A DNA stretch of 64,000 bases. It comes from Candidatus Omnitrophota bacterium. GTDB taxonomy: Bacteria; Omnitrophota; Gorgyraeia; JABMRN01; RBG-13-46-9. The notes under the pieces were generated by a model. That model saw only the letters and a program-made list of their open reading frames with translations. It made no database searches and was not told the DNA's origin. Position 1 is the stretch's first letter, and each line of letters starts with the position of its first letter. A program made the translations under genes and the position numbers. Location: NCBI GenBank assembly GCA_013203315.1, contig JABMQJ010000018.1, positions 11,292 to 75,291 on the forward strand, in the 5' to 3' direction. Below, piece by piece: positions 19,379 to 29,103 of the stretch.

Positions 19379-20367
19379 TACAAAAGAAAGAATTGTTAAA
19401 TGAAATGAAGAATTCAAAGGCATTAAAATCGCTTGCTGTTTTTGGCAAAAAGCGTTTTTACAACATATATCATAGGGCAAGGCTGATTAAAACCGAATTT
19501 CCATCAGAAATCTGGATTGAAAATACCAATTGTTGTAACGCCTCTTGCGTGATGTGCCCTCGTGAAAAACATACAAGAGCGCAGGGGTTCATGGATTTTT
19601 CACTTTTTGAAAAGCTAGCTAAGGAAATATCGCATTTTGGCAATATTGTAAAGAGGGTACATTTACACAACTATGGTGAACCCTTACTAGATAGAGACCT
19701 TGCCCGGCGCATAAGAACGGCGAAAGATTGCGGTATTAAGCATACATATATTGTTACCACTGCTTCGCTTCTTACCGTCGCGAAATCCAAAGAGATTATA
19801 GAAGCAGGCCTTGATGAGATGAAAATTAGTTTCTATGGGACCGATCAAAAAACGTATAACGATACAATGGTAGGACTTGACTTTTACAAGACACTTACCA
19901 ATGTGGCCGATTTTTTTAAAACAAGAAAGAAAATTGGGAAAAAGAATCCCCGAGTAGTCTTGCAATATCTGCCAACAGACAGCAATAAATCAAAGACAGA
20001 AGATTTTTTCCGTATCTTAAAACCGCTTATCGAAGAAGAAGTGGGAGATTGTTTCAATATTTTTGAACTCCACAATTATGGGTCCGGAAGATCCTATGTT
20101 AAATTGGGAGATATAACGCGGATTTGTCATTTTCCCTGGCGCACCATGGTTATTTTGCATGATGGGAAAGCAGTGCTCTGTTCACCCGATTATAATGGAT
20201 TGCAGGTAGTTGGTGACACTAACACGAACACGATAAAAGAAATATGGAACGGTAATAAATATAAAAAGGTAAGGCAGGATTTTAAAAAATTAGAGTATCA
20301 AAATTACTCAGTTTGTAAAGAGTGTACCGCTGTGCGAGAAACTATGTACCCTAAAATAAATAGATAG
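19375..20367 (+). CDS. Radical SAM protein with SPASM/twitch-like C-terminal Cys motif
   Basis: 'NTNCCNASCVMCPR' CxxxCxxC motif. C-terminal 'CSPDY...CKECTAV'. ATGA overlap with the preceding gene and GAGG RBS. Confidence 0.6.
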   Translation: MIQKKELLNEMKNSKALKSLAVFGKKRFYNIYHRARLIKTEFPSEIWIENTNCCNASCVMCPREKHTRAQGFMDFSLFEKLAKEISHFGNIVKRVHLHNYGEPLLDRDLARRIRTAKDCGIKHTYIVTTASLLTVAKSKEIIEAGLDEMKISFYGTDQKTYNDTMVGLDFYKTLTNVADFFKTRKKIGKKNPRVVLQYLPTDSNKSKTEDFFRILKPLIEEEVGDCFNIFELHNYGSGRSYVKLGDITRICHFPWRTMVILHDGKAVLCSPDYNGLQVVGDTNTNTIKEIWNGNKYKKVRQDFKKLEYQNYSVCKECTAVRETMYPKINR

Positions 20368-20378
20368 GATCATATCAA

Positions 20379-22175
20379 ATGAAGGTTACAAAATTTGTAT
20401 TTCGTTATCTCAAAGTTTATCCGGCTCTCTCATTAACGATTTTAGCGCTTATCATTATAACATCACTTTTTGAAGGTGCAAGTTTTAGCGTCCTTATTCC
20501 GCTAATACAAAGCATGATTGGTGGAAGCACTAACCTGTTTGATAAAATCCCATTCATAAACACCTTATGGCAGCCTTTTTCATCTATGGGGCAAGCAGAA
20601 ACGGTGTCACTTATCTTTATTTTGATGCTTGGGCTGCTTTTGATAAAAAATGTATTTGTGTATTTTTCCGGCGTTCTCATAGCAAAATTAGGATTTGGAG
20701 CGACACGGGACTTCAGAGTAAAACTTATGGACAATTTACTTGATTACGATATGCGTTTTTTTGATAGCGCTAAAACAGGCCACATAATAGCCAGCATTAA
20801 TACCGAAACCGAGCGTATGGGGAATTTTATAAAGGCAGTTCTTCAGCTTATTGCCTTTTCCGGAAAAGTAATTGCATATATGGTGCTTTTATTTCTAATA
20901 TCATGGAAGGTAAGCATCTTGGTATTTTCATTGGTTGCAATAGTTTTAATACCTATTGAGTCTATCATGAAGAAGATAAGGGACGTAAGCATGTTTATAT
21001 CAAGCGCTGTCGCAAATTATAATTATAAATTAATAGAATTACTCAGCGGTATACGACTTATAAGGGCATGCGGTACCGAGAGTTTGGAGAAAAAAGCTTT
21101 TAAAACCAAAGCGGACGACATCTTTAATTTTCGCTATAAAGGGCATAAGTATATAAATCTTATCATACCCTTGTCGGAGGTTTTAATATTCACCCTTATC
21201 GTGATTAGCGTTCTGGTCCTTATTAATGTTGTAAAAGTAGATATTGCAAGCACGTTCCCTTTGATGGCTACATATCTACTCGCTATGGTAAGGATGCTTA
21301 CGCAGATAAACACGCTAAACAATAACCGCTCTGCTGCATTGAAGAAATTAGCATCATTTACGGTCTACGATAGATTTTATGACGAAAGAGGTAAAAAGGC
21401 GATAAAAAACGGGCAGAAAAAAATCAATGTTTTTTCTAATTCAATAGAATTTAAAAAAGTAAATTTTTCTTACACAAAGGACAAAGAAGTCTTGAGAGAT
21501 GTAAGCATGAAAGCCCCAAAAGGAAAAGTAACCGCCCTTGTGGGTGCCTCCGGAGCAGGCAAGAGTACAATTGTTAATTTAATATTGAGGTTTTACGAAG
21601 TTAATTCGGGAGATATATTGGTTGACGGAGTAAGTTTAAAAAGTTTTGATTTGAAAAGCTGGAGGCAAAAAATCGGTCTTGTTTCGCAGGATGTATTTAT
21701 TTTTAACACAAGCGTGAAAGATAATATTGCCTATGGCCACGCGCGAATAGAGGAAGAAAAAATAGTCGCCGCTGCCAAAACAGCTAATGCGCATGATTTT
21801 ATAATGAGCTTCCCCAATCAGTATGACACAATTTTAGGGGAAAGAGGCGTGAGACTTTCAGGCGGACAAAAACAGCGAATTTCCATAGCCAGAGCCATCA
21901 TACATAATCCCGAGATACTAATTCTTGACGAGGCAACCAGTTCGCTTGATACAAAAACAGAAATATTAATAAATGAAGCTGTTGACAGACTTACTAAAGA
22001 CCGAACAGTTATAGCTATTGCGCATCGGCTATCTACGATTCTGCATGCAGACAATATTATTGTTTTAGACGAAGGCAGGGTTGTTGAAAGCGGCACACAT
22101 CCAAGTCTGATAAGCGAAAAGGGTCTTTATAAACAATTATATGATGTGCAGTTTAGTTCTCAGGTAGCAAGATGA
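20379..22175 (+). CDS. ABC transporter, fused permease/ATP-binding protein (MsbA-like exporter)
   Basis: Six predicted N-terminal TM segments. Walker A 'GASGAGKST', ABC signature 'LSGGQKQRISIARAI', Walker B 'ILILDEATS'. Confidence 0.85.
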   Translation: MKVTKFVFRYLKVYPALSLTILALIIITSLFEGASFSVLIPLIQSMIGGSTNLFDKIPFINTLWQPFSSMGQAETVSLIFILMLGLLLIKNVFVYFSGVLIAKLGFGATRDFRVKLMDNLLDYDMRFFDSAKTGHIIASINTETERMGNFIKAVLQLIAFSGKVIAYMVLLFLISWKVSILVFSLVAIVLIPIESIMKKIRDVSMFISSAVANYNYKLIELLSGIRLIRACGTESLEKKAFKTKADDIFNFRYKGHKYINLIIPLSEVLIFTLIVISVLVLINVVKVDIASTFPLMATYLLAMVRMLTQINTLNNNRSAALKKLASFTVYDRFYDERGKKAIKNGQKKINVFSNSIEFKKVNFSYTKDKEVLRDVSMKAPKGKVTALVGASGAGKSTIVNLILRFYEVNSGDILVDGVSLKSFDLKSWRQKIGLVSQDVFIFNTSVKDNIAYGHARIEEEKIVAAAKTANAHDFIMSFPNQYDTILGERGVRLSGGQKQRISIARAIIHNPEILILDEATSSLDTKTEILINEAVDRLTKDRTVIAIAHRLSTILHADNIIVLDEGRVVESGTHPSLISEKGLYKQLYDVQFSSQVAR

Positions 22176-23686
22176 AAAAAACAATTCTTTTTAATCCCGT
22201 TGGCATTGTCCACGATAGAAATATCGAGAAATTCGAAAATGTATTATCAGAGTGGAATATAAGGCGTCTATACAATCCAAATCTTCCATGGACATCGTCT
22301 TTCAGGAAAGACAAAGCCGACACGCATTATTTTACCGGCGGAAGGGTACCTGATAGTGCCTTCAAAGATGTAAGAGCAGTTATTTGCTTTTCAGCGCAAC
22401 CACGGATTCCGTTTTCAGTTCTTGCGGAAAAGGCGTTGCTTCGATCCATCCCGGTAATCGCCATAGAAGAGGTGTATCAAATGGCTTTGCAGCAGGGCCA
22501 CGTGAACGAATATTTTTTGCCTGTTGATCATCTTTTTGTCGGTTCGGATTACGAAAAAGACGCGTTTCTTAAAATAGGTGTACCGGAAAATGTTGTCGAG
22601 GTAACGGGTTGCCCGTTTCGGATAAGCAAAGAGAAGGGCACATCGGATATAGAAGAAAAGTATAATATTAAAAGAATACTCGGTTGTGATCCGAAAAAAC
22701 CCCTTGCCGTGATTTGCCTTACACTTCTTACTCCTGACGGAGAAACAAGAGAAGTGAGACAAAGGATTCTGGGCATGGCAAGCAAAGAAGTGCCCGAAAG
22801 CTATGAATTGATCGTAAAGGCGCATCCCGCAGAAGACAAAAAGAATCTTGAGGAATTCGTGAAAGAATTCGCACCCAGGGCAAGGGTAGTTGATTCGCAT
22901 ATACCAATCGAAAGAATATTAAAGGCTACCGATGTATTATTTAACAGAAGCAATTCACAGGTTGTCATAGATGCGCTTGACAAGCACGTCCCTGTAATCG
23001 CGTTGCCGCTGGGTAAAAGAAGTATATTTCACGGATTAATAGAAGAGGTTATAGCGGATAAGCCGGAAGACATTAAAAACATATTAGAGCTTATAAAAGC
23101 GAAGGGCATGGCCCTCTATAAGCCTATTTTTGAAAAATACCTTTATATAACACCTGAGGAATCATTAAGCAAGGTGGCCTCGCGTATTGCCGAGATAGCG
23201 GAGAACGGTGATCTCTACAAGCCCGAAGAGCGTTTGTTAGAATTTGGATTGTTTTGGGCATGGATGGGGTACCCGTCACAGTCGTTTAGGGTTTTTGATG
23301 CGCTTCCGAGAGTTTTTAAAAGGACAAATGAACATCTTGACGCGGCGCGTCAGCTCGTTTCCTGCAAAGCAACTCATGAAAATATCGATTCTTTGAAGAA
23401 GTGGGCATCGCGCAGCTACAGGGAGTGGATAGTAAAAAGCTTGTGGATCAGGTCTTTATATCTAAACCGGAGTAAGATGAATGATTTCGACGTGCAATGG
23501 CTTGCCGATTTTCCTCCGAGGATGAATAGATACCATTTTCTGCCATTTACGCGCATGCTCGGATGGTGCTATAAACGGTCCGGATTGCAATTTGATAAAA
23601 ACATCAGCAGCTGGCGGGAGCAAGTTAGTTCTAATTTAAAAACGTCACTTAAAGATATTGTGTTTAGCCACAAAATGAGGCATTAG
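22172..23686 (+). CDS. Hypothetical protein with TagF/KpsS-like GT-B domain (paralog of 6719 and 17489)
   Basis: 'LIVKAHPAED...ATDVLFNRSNSQVVIDALDKHVPVIALP' matches the shared K.(H/R)P...aDV..S.S...PVi block. ATGA overlap with the ABC transporter gene. Confidence 0.3.
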   Translation: MKKTILFNPVGIVHDRNIEKFENVLSEWNIRRLYNPNLPWTSSFRKDKADTHYFTGGRVPDSAFKDVRAVICFSAQPRIPFSVLAEKALLRSIPVIAIEEVYQMALQQGHVNEYFLPVDHLFVGSDYEKDAFLKIGVPENVVEVTGCPFRISKEKGTSDIEEKYNIKRILGCDPKKPLAVICLTLLTPDGETREVRQRILGMASKEVPESYELIVKAHPAEDKKNLEEFVKEFAPRARVVDSHIPIERILKATDVLFNRSNSQVVIDALDKHVPVIALPLGKRSIFHGLIEEVIADKPEDIKNILELIKAKGMALYKPIFEKYLYITPEESLSKVASRIAEIAENGDLYKPEERLLEFGLFWAWMGYPSQSFRVFDALPRVFKRTNEHLDAARQLVSCKATHENIDSLKKWASRSYREWIVKSLWIRSLYLNRSKMNDFDVQWLADFPPRMNRYHFLPFTRMLGWCYKRSGLQFDKNISSWREQVSSNLKTSLKDIVFSHKMRH

Positions 23687-23692
23687 GCAAAG

Positions 23693-25213
23693 ATGCGAGT
23701 GTTATTCGTTAATTTTAATCTTAATTCGACGCCGGGCATAAATAACGGGTTGGCAATTCTGTCTTCTGTTTTAAAGAAAAAAAACCACGAGGTCAGGCTT
23801 CTTTTTCTTTGCAATGAGCTCGGTTATGATTTAGATTTTGCACGTATAAAAAAAGATGTATTGGATTCCAGGCCGGATATCATAGGAATTTCTCTGATGG
23901 AAACACAACTCAAGCACATGAAGGCTTTTTTAAAAAACCTGAGAAAATATTATAAGGGTTTAGTTGTCTGCGGAGGGCCGCATCCTACGATGAATCCCGA
24001 AGACGTGCTTTCTATAAAAGGCATAGATGTTGTGTGCGTCGGAGAAGGCGAGGGCGCTATTCTTGAATTTATCGAAGCATTAAAAGCCGGAAGGGATTAT
24101 AAAGACATAAAGAACTTATGGTTCAATTCAGATAACGGTAAAATCATCAAAAACAGGCTGCGTTTTTTCACATCGCTTGAGACCTTGCCCCCGGAGGATA
24201 AAGAACTCTTCGACCTTGATAAGTTGCTCCCTCTAAAAAATTATCAACTGGAGGTTATGCTTGGAAGGGGATGTATGTATCAATGCACCTACTGTATTAA
24301 TAAGCCCTTTATAGAGCAGTATAGACAGTTGTGTGAAAATGAGATTACTGCAAAAGATTATATGCGAGTTAAAAAAAGTTGTACCGTAATAGAAGAAATT
24401 AAGAATAGCGTGTTACGGCATCCTGAGATCAAAAAAATAGCTTTTATTGATGACGATTTTCTTATGTATACAAATTTCGCGAATGACTTTTTTGAAAAAT
24501 ACAAAAAAGAAATCAATCTCCCATTCATGTGCAATATAAATCCTGTGTCGTTTAATGTGTCCAAGGGGCATCTGTTAAAGGAAGCCGGTTGTGATGATAT
24601 ACGTTTTGGCGTAGAGAGCGGTAGCGAGAGGGTAAAAAATGACATCATGAAAAGGCCTATTCGTAACAGGAGCATTATAAGCGCTTTTAATATCACTAAA
24701 AAACTAGGTTTAATGACCAGCTCATTTAACATGATAGGCTTGCCTACGGAAACCAAGGAAGAGATTCTCGAAACCCTGAAACTCAATGCTGCCATAGGGC
24801 CCGATAGCATGAAGGTAATGACTTTCTACCCGTTTAAAAATACACCTCTTTATGATGTATGCCGAGAAATGGATCTAATAGATGAAGAAAAAAAGATGGA
24901 GCTGGATAATTACGATACTTTTACCTGTCTTAGATTTCCTGCGGAACATCAGCTCTTTTTAAGGAAGGTTCAGAGTGTATTTAACTGGTACATCAATGCA
25001 TTTTTAGAGAATGAAGCCTCCGGGGAGTACTCAAAAATGATAAGGGATGTAGAAAAGATGACAGAAAGTCGTTGGGACAAGTTCGACCATCTCTCTTGCG
25101 ATAAGGAACTGTCAGAGAAAATGAGAAGAAAAAACGCGCCGCATTATTCAAAATTCGTAAATAGAAGTTTAGCAGTAAAATATCCAAGTAAACATTGTGA
25201 GAAAAAAAGGTGA
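23693..25213 (+). CDS. Cobalamin (B12)-binding radical SAM protein
   Basis: 'LGRGCMYQCTYCIN' radical SAM triad after an N-terminal B12-binding-like region ('VVCGGPHPT'). Confidence 0.7.
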   Translation: MRVLFVNFNLNSTPGINNGLAILSSVLKKKNHEVRLLFLCNELGYDLDFARIKKDVLDSRPDIIGISLMETQLKHMKAFLKNLRKYYKGLVVCGGPHPTMNPEDVLSIKGIDVVCVGEGEGAILEFIEALKAGRDYKDIKNLWFNSDNGKIIKNRLRFFTSLETLPPEDKELFDLDKLLPLKNYQLEVMLGRGCMYQCTYCINKPFIEQYRQLCENEITAKDYMRVKKSCTVIEEIKNSVLRHPEIKKIAFIDDDFLMYTNFANDFFEKYKKEINLPFMCNINPVSFNVSKGHLLKEAGCDDIRFGVESGSERVKNDIMKRPIRNRSIISAFNITKKLGLMTSSFNMIGLPTETKEEILETLKLNAAIGPDSMKVMTFYPFKNTPLYDVCREMDLIDEEKKMELDNYDTFTCLRFPAEHQLFLRKVQSVFNWYINAFLENEASGEYSKMIRDVEKMTESRWDKFDHLSCDKELSEKMRRKNAPHYSKFVNRSLAVKYPSKHCEKKR

Positions 25214-25225
25214 GGTAGGTGCAAT

Positions 25226-26206
25226 ATGTTCAATAAGAACCCAAGTGTTTCCATTGTTTTTCCGATTTTTAACGAAGAAGAGACTATAAAACTTCTATAT
25301 CAACTTGTGAGAGATGTCTGCACAAAGTCCAACGTTGACTATGAGATGATATTCGTGGATGACGGCAGTACGGATAATTCACTAAATGTGGTCAAAGATT
25401 TGAAGAACCAAGACAAAAAAGTTGCCTTTGTTTCGTTATCGCGCAATTTTGGTCATCAAAGTGCGCTTTTTGCAGGCATGTCTTATGCCACAGGGGATGC
25501 CGTAATTACAATGGACGCCGACTTGCAGCATTCACCGTCATTAATCCCAAAAATGATCGATTTATGGCGCAACGGCTACGAAGTTGTATATACGATGAAG
25601 AAAAAATATGATTTACCGTTTATAATGTCATTAGTGATAAAGCTTTTCTATTGGTTTATTTCGAAGATATCCGACATACGTTTGAGCTTCGGTCAATCCG
25701 ACTTTAGATTGCTCGACAGAAAGGTTCTTGATGCTATTTTGGAAATTCCGGAATACCATAAATTTTTACGTGGGCAAATTGAATGGGTGGGTTTTCGACA
25801 ATACGGTCTTATGTATGATGTAGAAAAGCGTCACAGCGGTAAATCTAAAATTTCTTATCGAAAGCGCCTTTCGTTTGCCTTAGACGGCATTTTTGCATTT
25901 TCCAGTTATCCGTTACATTTATTAATGTCTTTTAGCATTGGCGTGGCAATATTATCTTTTCTTTATATATGCATCGAGTTAACCGGATGGATGCTGAAGG
26001 CATTAAATATTTGCCCCAATTTAATCATACCCCATGGGTGGGTTACTCTAATCGTTTCGGTGTTTTTCCTGGGAAGCTTGCAACTTATGGCCATAGCCCT
26101 TGTTGGCGGATATATCGGAAGAACCTACGACCAAACGAAGGGGCGCCCCGTTTTCATCATAAAAGAGTCGTCGGTTCAGAAGAAAACCCAAGCAGGAGCT
26201 CGCTGA
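25226..26206 (+). CDS. Polyprenol-phosphate glycosyltransferase (GT2; GtrB/ArnC/DPM1-like) with C-terminal TM helices
   Basis: 'VSIVFPIFNEEETI...FVDDGSTDNS...MDADLQHSP' GT2 catalytic region followed by two C-terminal hydrophobic helices, as in GtrB/ArnC. RBS GAGGTAGG. Confidence 0.7.
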   Translation: MFNKNPSVSIVFPIFNEEETIKLLYQLVRDVCTKSNVDYEMIFVDDGSTDNSLNVVKDLKNQDKKVAFVSLSRNFGHQSALFAGMSYATGDAVITMDADLQHSPSLIPKMIDLWRNGYEVVYTMKKKYDLPFIMSLVIKLFYWFISKISDIRLSFGQSDFRLLDRKVLDAILEIPEYHKFLRGQIEWVGFRQYGLMYDVEKRHSGKSKISYRKRLSFALDGIFAFSSYPLHLLMSFSIGVAILSFLYICIELTGWMLKALNICPNLIIPHGWVTLIVSVFFLGSLQLMAIALVGGYIGRTYDQTKGRPVFIIKESSVQKKTQAGAR

Positions 26207-27048
26207 TGAATAAATGCGGAATTTGCAGTGGCACTTTCACTAAATCCATGTATGACGGGATACGAAAATGCCAGAAATGCGATCATGTTTTTTTTGATTT
26301 AAACTTGAACGATGAGGAATTGCACAAGCTCTATGGCAGAAATTATTTTTTTGGAGGCGAATATAATAATTACCTAAAAGACAAAAAAATATTGCAAAAG
26401 AATTTTAAATTACGCATGAGAATTCTGCAGAAATTTCTTGAACCGGCGCGTCATAAGCATCTTCTTGAAATTGGTTGCGCGTATGGCTTTTTTCTTGATA
26501 TAGCAAAGAACCAATTCCATACAACGCAGGGAATAGATATTGCCGAAGACGGCGTTTCTTATGCGCGTACTCAATTAAAACTCGACGCTATCAATGCTAA
26601 TTTTACACAGTATAATTGGGGCAACCAAAAATTTGATGTAGTATGCATGTGGGACACCATAGAACACTTACGGGATCCGGATATCTATCTAGAGAAAATC
26701 AGTAATCTTATGGAAAAAGGATCTTTACTAGCCCTAACAACAGGAGATATAGAAAGTCTTAATGCAAGAATTAGAAAAAAGAAATGGCGATTAATGCATC
26801 CCCCGACGCATATACACTATTTTTCCAGAAGAACATTGACTAAGCTTTTAGATAATCATGGGTTTGATGTAATATATAATCGATACTGCGGTTTTTACCG
26901 CAGTATCGACCTTATTGCATACCGCACGTTGATGTTGAATAAAAAAAGGCCATGGCTCTATAATATTTTGCAGAAAAGCGGTATTGCCAATATCGGTATA
27001 TACTCAAATCTCTATGATATTATGTGTGTTGTAGCGCGTAAACGTTAG
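26206..27048 (+). CDS. SAM-dependent methyltransferase with N-terminal zinc-ribbon (C-methyltransferase-like architecture)
   Basis: N-terminal 'CGICSG...CQKCDH' zinc ribbon. Motif I 'LLEIGCAYGFF'. Start overlaps the previous stop (TGATG). Confidence 0.55.
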   Translation: MNKCGICSGTFTKSMYDGIRKCQKCDHVFFDLNLNDEELHKLYGRNYFFGGEYNNYLKDKKILQKNFKLRMRILQKFLEPARHKHLLEIGCAYGFFLDIAKNQFHTTQGIDIAEDGVSYARTQLKLDAINANFTQYNWGNQKFDVVCMWDTIEHLRDPDIYLEKISNLMEKGSLLALTTGDIESLNARIRKKKWRLMHPPTHIHYFSRRTLTKLLDNHGFDVIYNRYCGFYRSIDLIAYRTLMLNKKRPWLYNILQKSGIANIGIYSNLYDIMCVVARKR

Positions 27049-27121
27049 TGGCTTGCATATTTAGCGGCTGATAATAGTTAGGCATTTTTAAGTTTTTTAT
27101 AAAAAGAAAGAGGTGTCGACG

Positions 27122-29092
27122 ATGTGTGGGATATTTGGTTTTACGATAAAAAATAAACCAAACTTGACTAAAGAAGACTTAAAGGATATGGCCTCCATTT
27201 TATTCAAGTTGTCTGCGCGCCGCGGCCATGAAGCAACAGGCTTGGCTATCGCTCATCATGGCAAGATATCGGTTTATAAGCAACCGACAAGCTATAGAGA
27301 GATGCTCGAGGGGGAAGGATTTAATAACTTTCTTAATCGCTTCCAAACCTCTTCAGCTTCTCCCGGACGGCCAAAGCATATTACAACGCCGATAACGCTT
27401 ATTGGCCATACGCGACTTGTTACAAGCGGAATCCAGGTTTTGCATGAGAACAATCAGCCAATTATTTCAAATCACATAGTCGGTGTTCACAACGGCATTA
27501 TAGCAAATGACGATAACTTGGCTAAACGGCATCTTCCTTCGAAAAGAATGCCAAGGAGCGATTCCACTCTTTTGTTCGAACTGATCGACAAATTTTACTC
27601 TGACACAGGAGAACTCAAAGCGGCAATTTCAAAAGTATACAGTGAAATTTTAGGATCAGCTTCAATTGCGTTGTTTAGTGATGATCAATCCGGGCTAACC
27701 CTTGCGACAAACACAGGTTCTTTATATCACAGTTACAATGATGAGGCCGGCTTTTTTGTGTTTGCATCCGAACATTATATAGTTGAACAATTTCTCAAGA
27801 AAAGCATTCTCGCAAGAGGCTACGATTCCCACAATATCCAATGTCTTAATCCGGCCACCGGCGCTTTTGTCAAATTCGAAAATGTTATACCTGAAATTTT
27901 CCAGCTAAAAGAACCCATGGACAAGCAAGCGCCCGCGCCTACGGATAGAAAAAAGAACATCTATGAAATTATCAATGCCAGTTCACCTCGAAAATCTTTA
28001 CGCCATTGCACGCGTTGTGTATTACCGGAAACCTATCCCTTTATTTCGTTTGACGAGAATGGCGTCTGCAATTATTGCAGAAAATACAAAAAACAGGAAT
28101 TTCTTGGTTATGATGCACTTGAAAATATCCTAAGTAAATACCGTTCGAAGGACGGCAGGCCTGATTGTATTGTTGGGTTTAGCGGTGGCCGAGATAGTTC
28201 ATATGCGTTACATGTTTTGAAGACAAAGCTTGGCATGCATCCGATCGCATATACTTACGACTGGGGATTGGTCACGGACCTTGCGAGGCGCAATCAGGCA
28301 AGGGTTACCGGAAAGCTCGGTATTGAGCACCTTATCCGTGCGGCTGATATTCATACGAAACGGCGGCATATCAAAAAACATATTTATGCATGGCTTGAAA
28401 AACCCGAATTGGGAATGGTCCCGCTTTTTATGGCCGGTGATAAAATGTTTTATTACTATGGCGGGCAACTTCGCAAGGAAACAGGTATAAAGCTTACGGT
28501 TTTTGCAGCCGGGCAGCAACTAGAGCAAATGGAGTTCAAGGTTGGTTTTTGCGGAATCGATGAGCACCTAGAGAATAATACAAAACTATATCATTTTAAA
28601 CTCATATCAAAGGTTCGTTTGGCATTGTGGTATCTAAAGCAATACTGCTTAAATCCACGTTATTTCAACGAATCTTTTTTTGATAGCGCTTTTGCTTTTT
28701 ATGTGTCCTTTCTGAATAAAGACGATTATACTTACCTCTATCGTTATATTCCGTGGGATGAAAAGGTAATAGAGCGAACTTTGAAAGAAGAATATGACTG
28801 GGAGTTGGATAGTAAATACGGTAAAAATCAATGGCGTATGGGCGACGGCCAAACAGCATTTACAAACTACATATATTACGCCATAGCCGGTTTTTCCGAG
28901 TTTGATAGCTTTCGCAGCAACCAGATCCGTGAAGGTCTGATTACTAGGGAAGAAGCTGTGGAACTTCTGAAAGATGATAACAGGCTGCGTATTGGAATGT
29001 TGCAGGATTTTAGCCAGCTAATCGGTTTTAATCTTGAAGAAGTCCTGCTAAAAATTAATAAAATTCCTAAATTGTACCAAGAGAAAAAATAA
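27122..29092 (+). CDS. Fusion protein: class II (Ntn, AsnB-like) glutamine amidotransferase domain + N-acetyl sugar amidotransferase (WbuX-like PP-loop) domain
   Basis: Start chosen so Cys is residue 2 ('MCGIFGF'), preceded by RBS AAAGAGG. 'RRGHEATG', 'IGHTRLVTSG', 'NQPI' and 'VHNGIIAND' parallel AsnB GATase motifs. C-terminal half has the zinc ribbon 'CTRCVLPE...CNYC' and PP-loop 'FSGGRDSS', paralogous to the CDS at 2084. Confidence 0.6.
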   Translation: MCGIFGFTIKNKPNLTKEDLKDMASILFKLSARRGHEATGLAIAHHGKISVYKQPTSYREMLEGEGFNNFLNRFQTSSASPGRPKHITTPITLIGHTRLVTSGIQVLHENNQPIISNHIVGVHNGIIANDDNLAKRHLPSKRMPRSDSTLLFELIDKFYSDTGELKAAISKVYSEILGSASIALFSDDQSGLTLATNTGSLYHSYNDEAGFFVFASEHYIVEQFLKKSILARGYDSHNIQCLNPATGAFVKFENVIPEIFQLKEPMDKQAPAPTDRKKNIYEIINASSPRKSLRHCTRCVLPETYPFISFDENGVCNYCRKYKKQEFLGYDALENILSKYRSKDGRPDCIVGFSGGRDSSYALHVLKTKLGMHPIAYTYDWGLVTDLARRNQARVTGKLGIEHLIRAADIHTKRRHIKKHIYAWLEKPELGMVPLFMAGDKMFYYYGGQLRKETGIKLTVFAAGQQLEQMEFKVGFCGIDEHLENNTKLYHFKLISKVRLALWYLKQYCLNPRYFNESFFDSAFAFYVSFLNKDDYTYLYRYIPWDEKVIERTLKEEYDWELDSKYGKNQWRMGDGQTAFTNYIYYAIAGFSEFDSFRSNQIREGLITREEAVELLKDDNRLRIGMLQDFSQLIGFNLEEVLLKINKIPKLYQEKK

Positions 29093-29103
29093 GTAATAAC
29101 AAA

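Noticed and set aside
22415-22900. 161-aa minus-strand ORF, and all other minus-strand ORFs (60-170 aa) such as 43364-43867, 48781-49269, 35044-35367 and 24358-24810
   Set aside because: Each lies entirely antisense to a well-supported + strand gene, lacks an RBS or recognisable motifs, and has low-complexity composition typical of antisense frames in AT-rich DNA. No minus-strand gene is supported.
28230-28490. Short + strand alternative-frame ORFs inside genes (28230-28490, 53670-53855, 53699-53896, 35064-35282, 37857-38093, 45201-45467, 29316-29537, 10104-10322, 13249-13431, 54420-54677)
   Set aside because: They are embedded out-of-frame within longer CDSs with clear domain content, so they are likely spurious.
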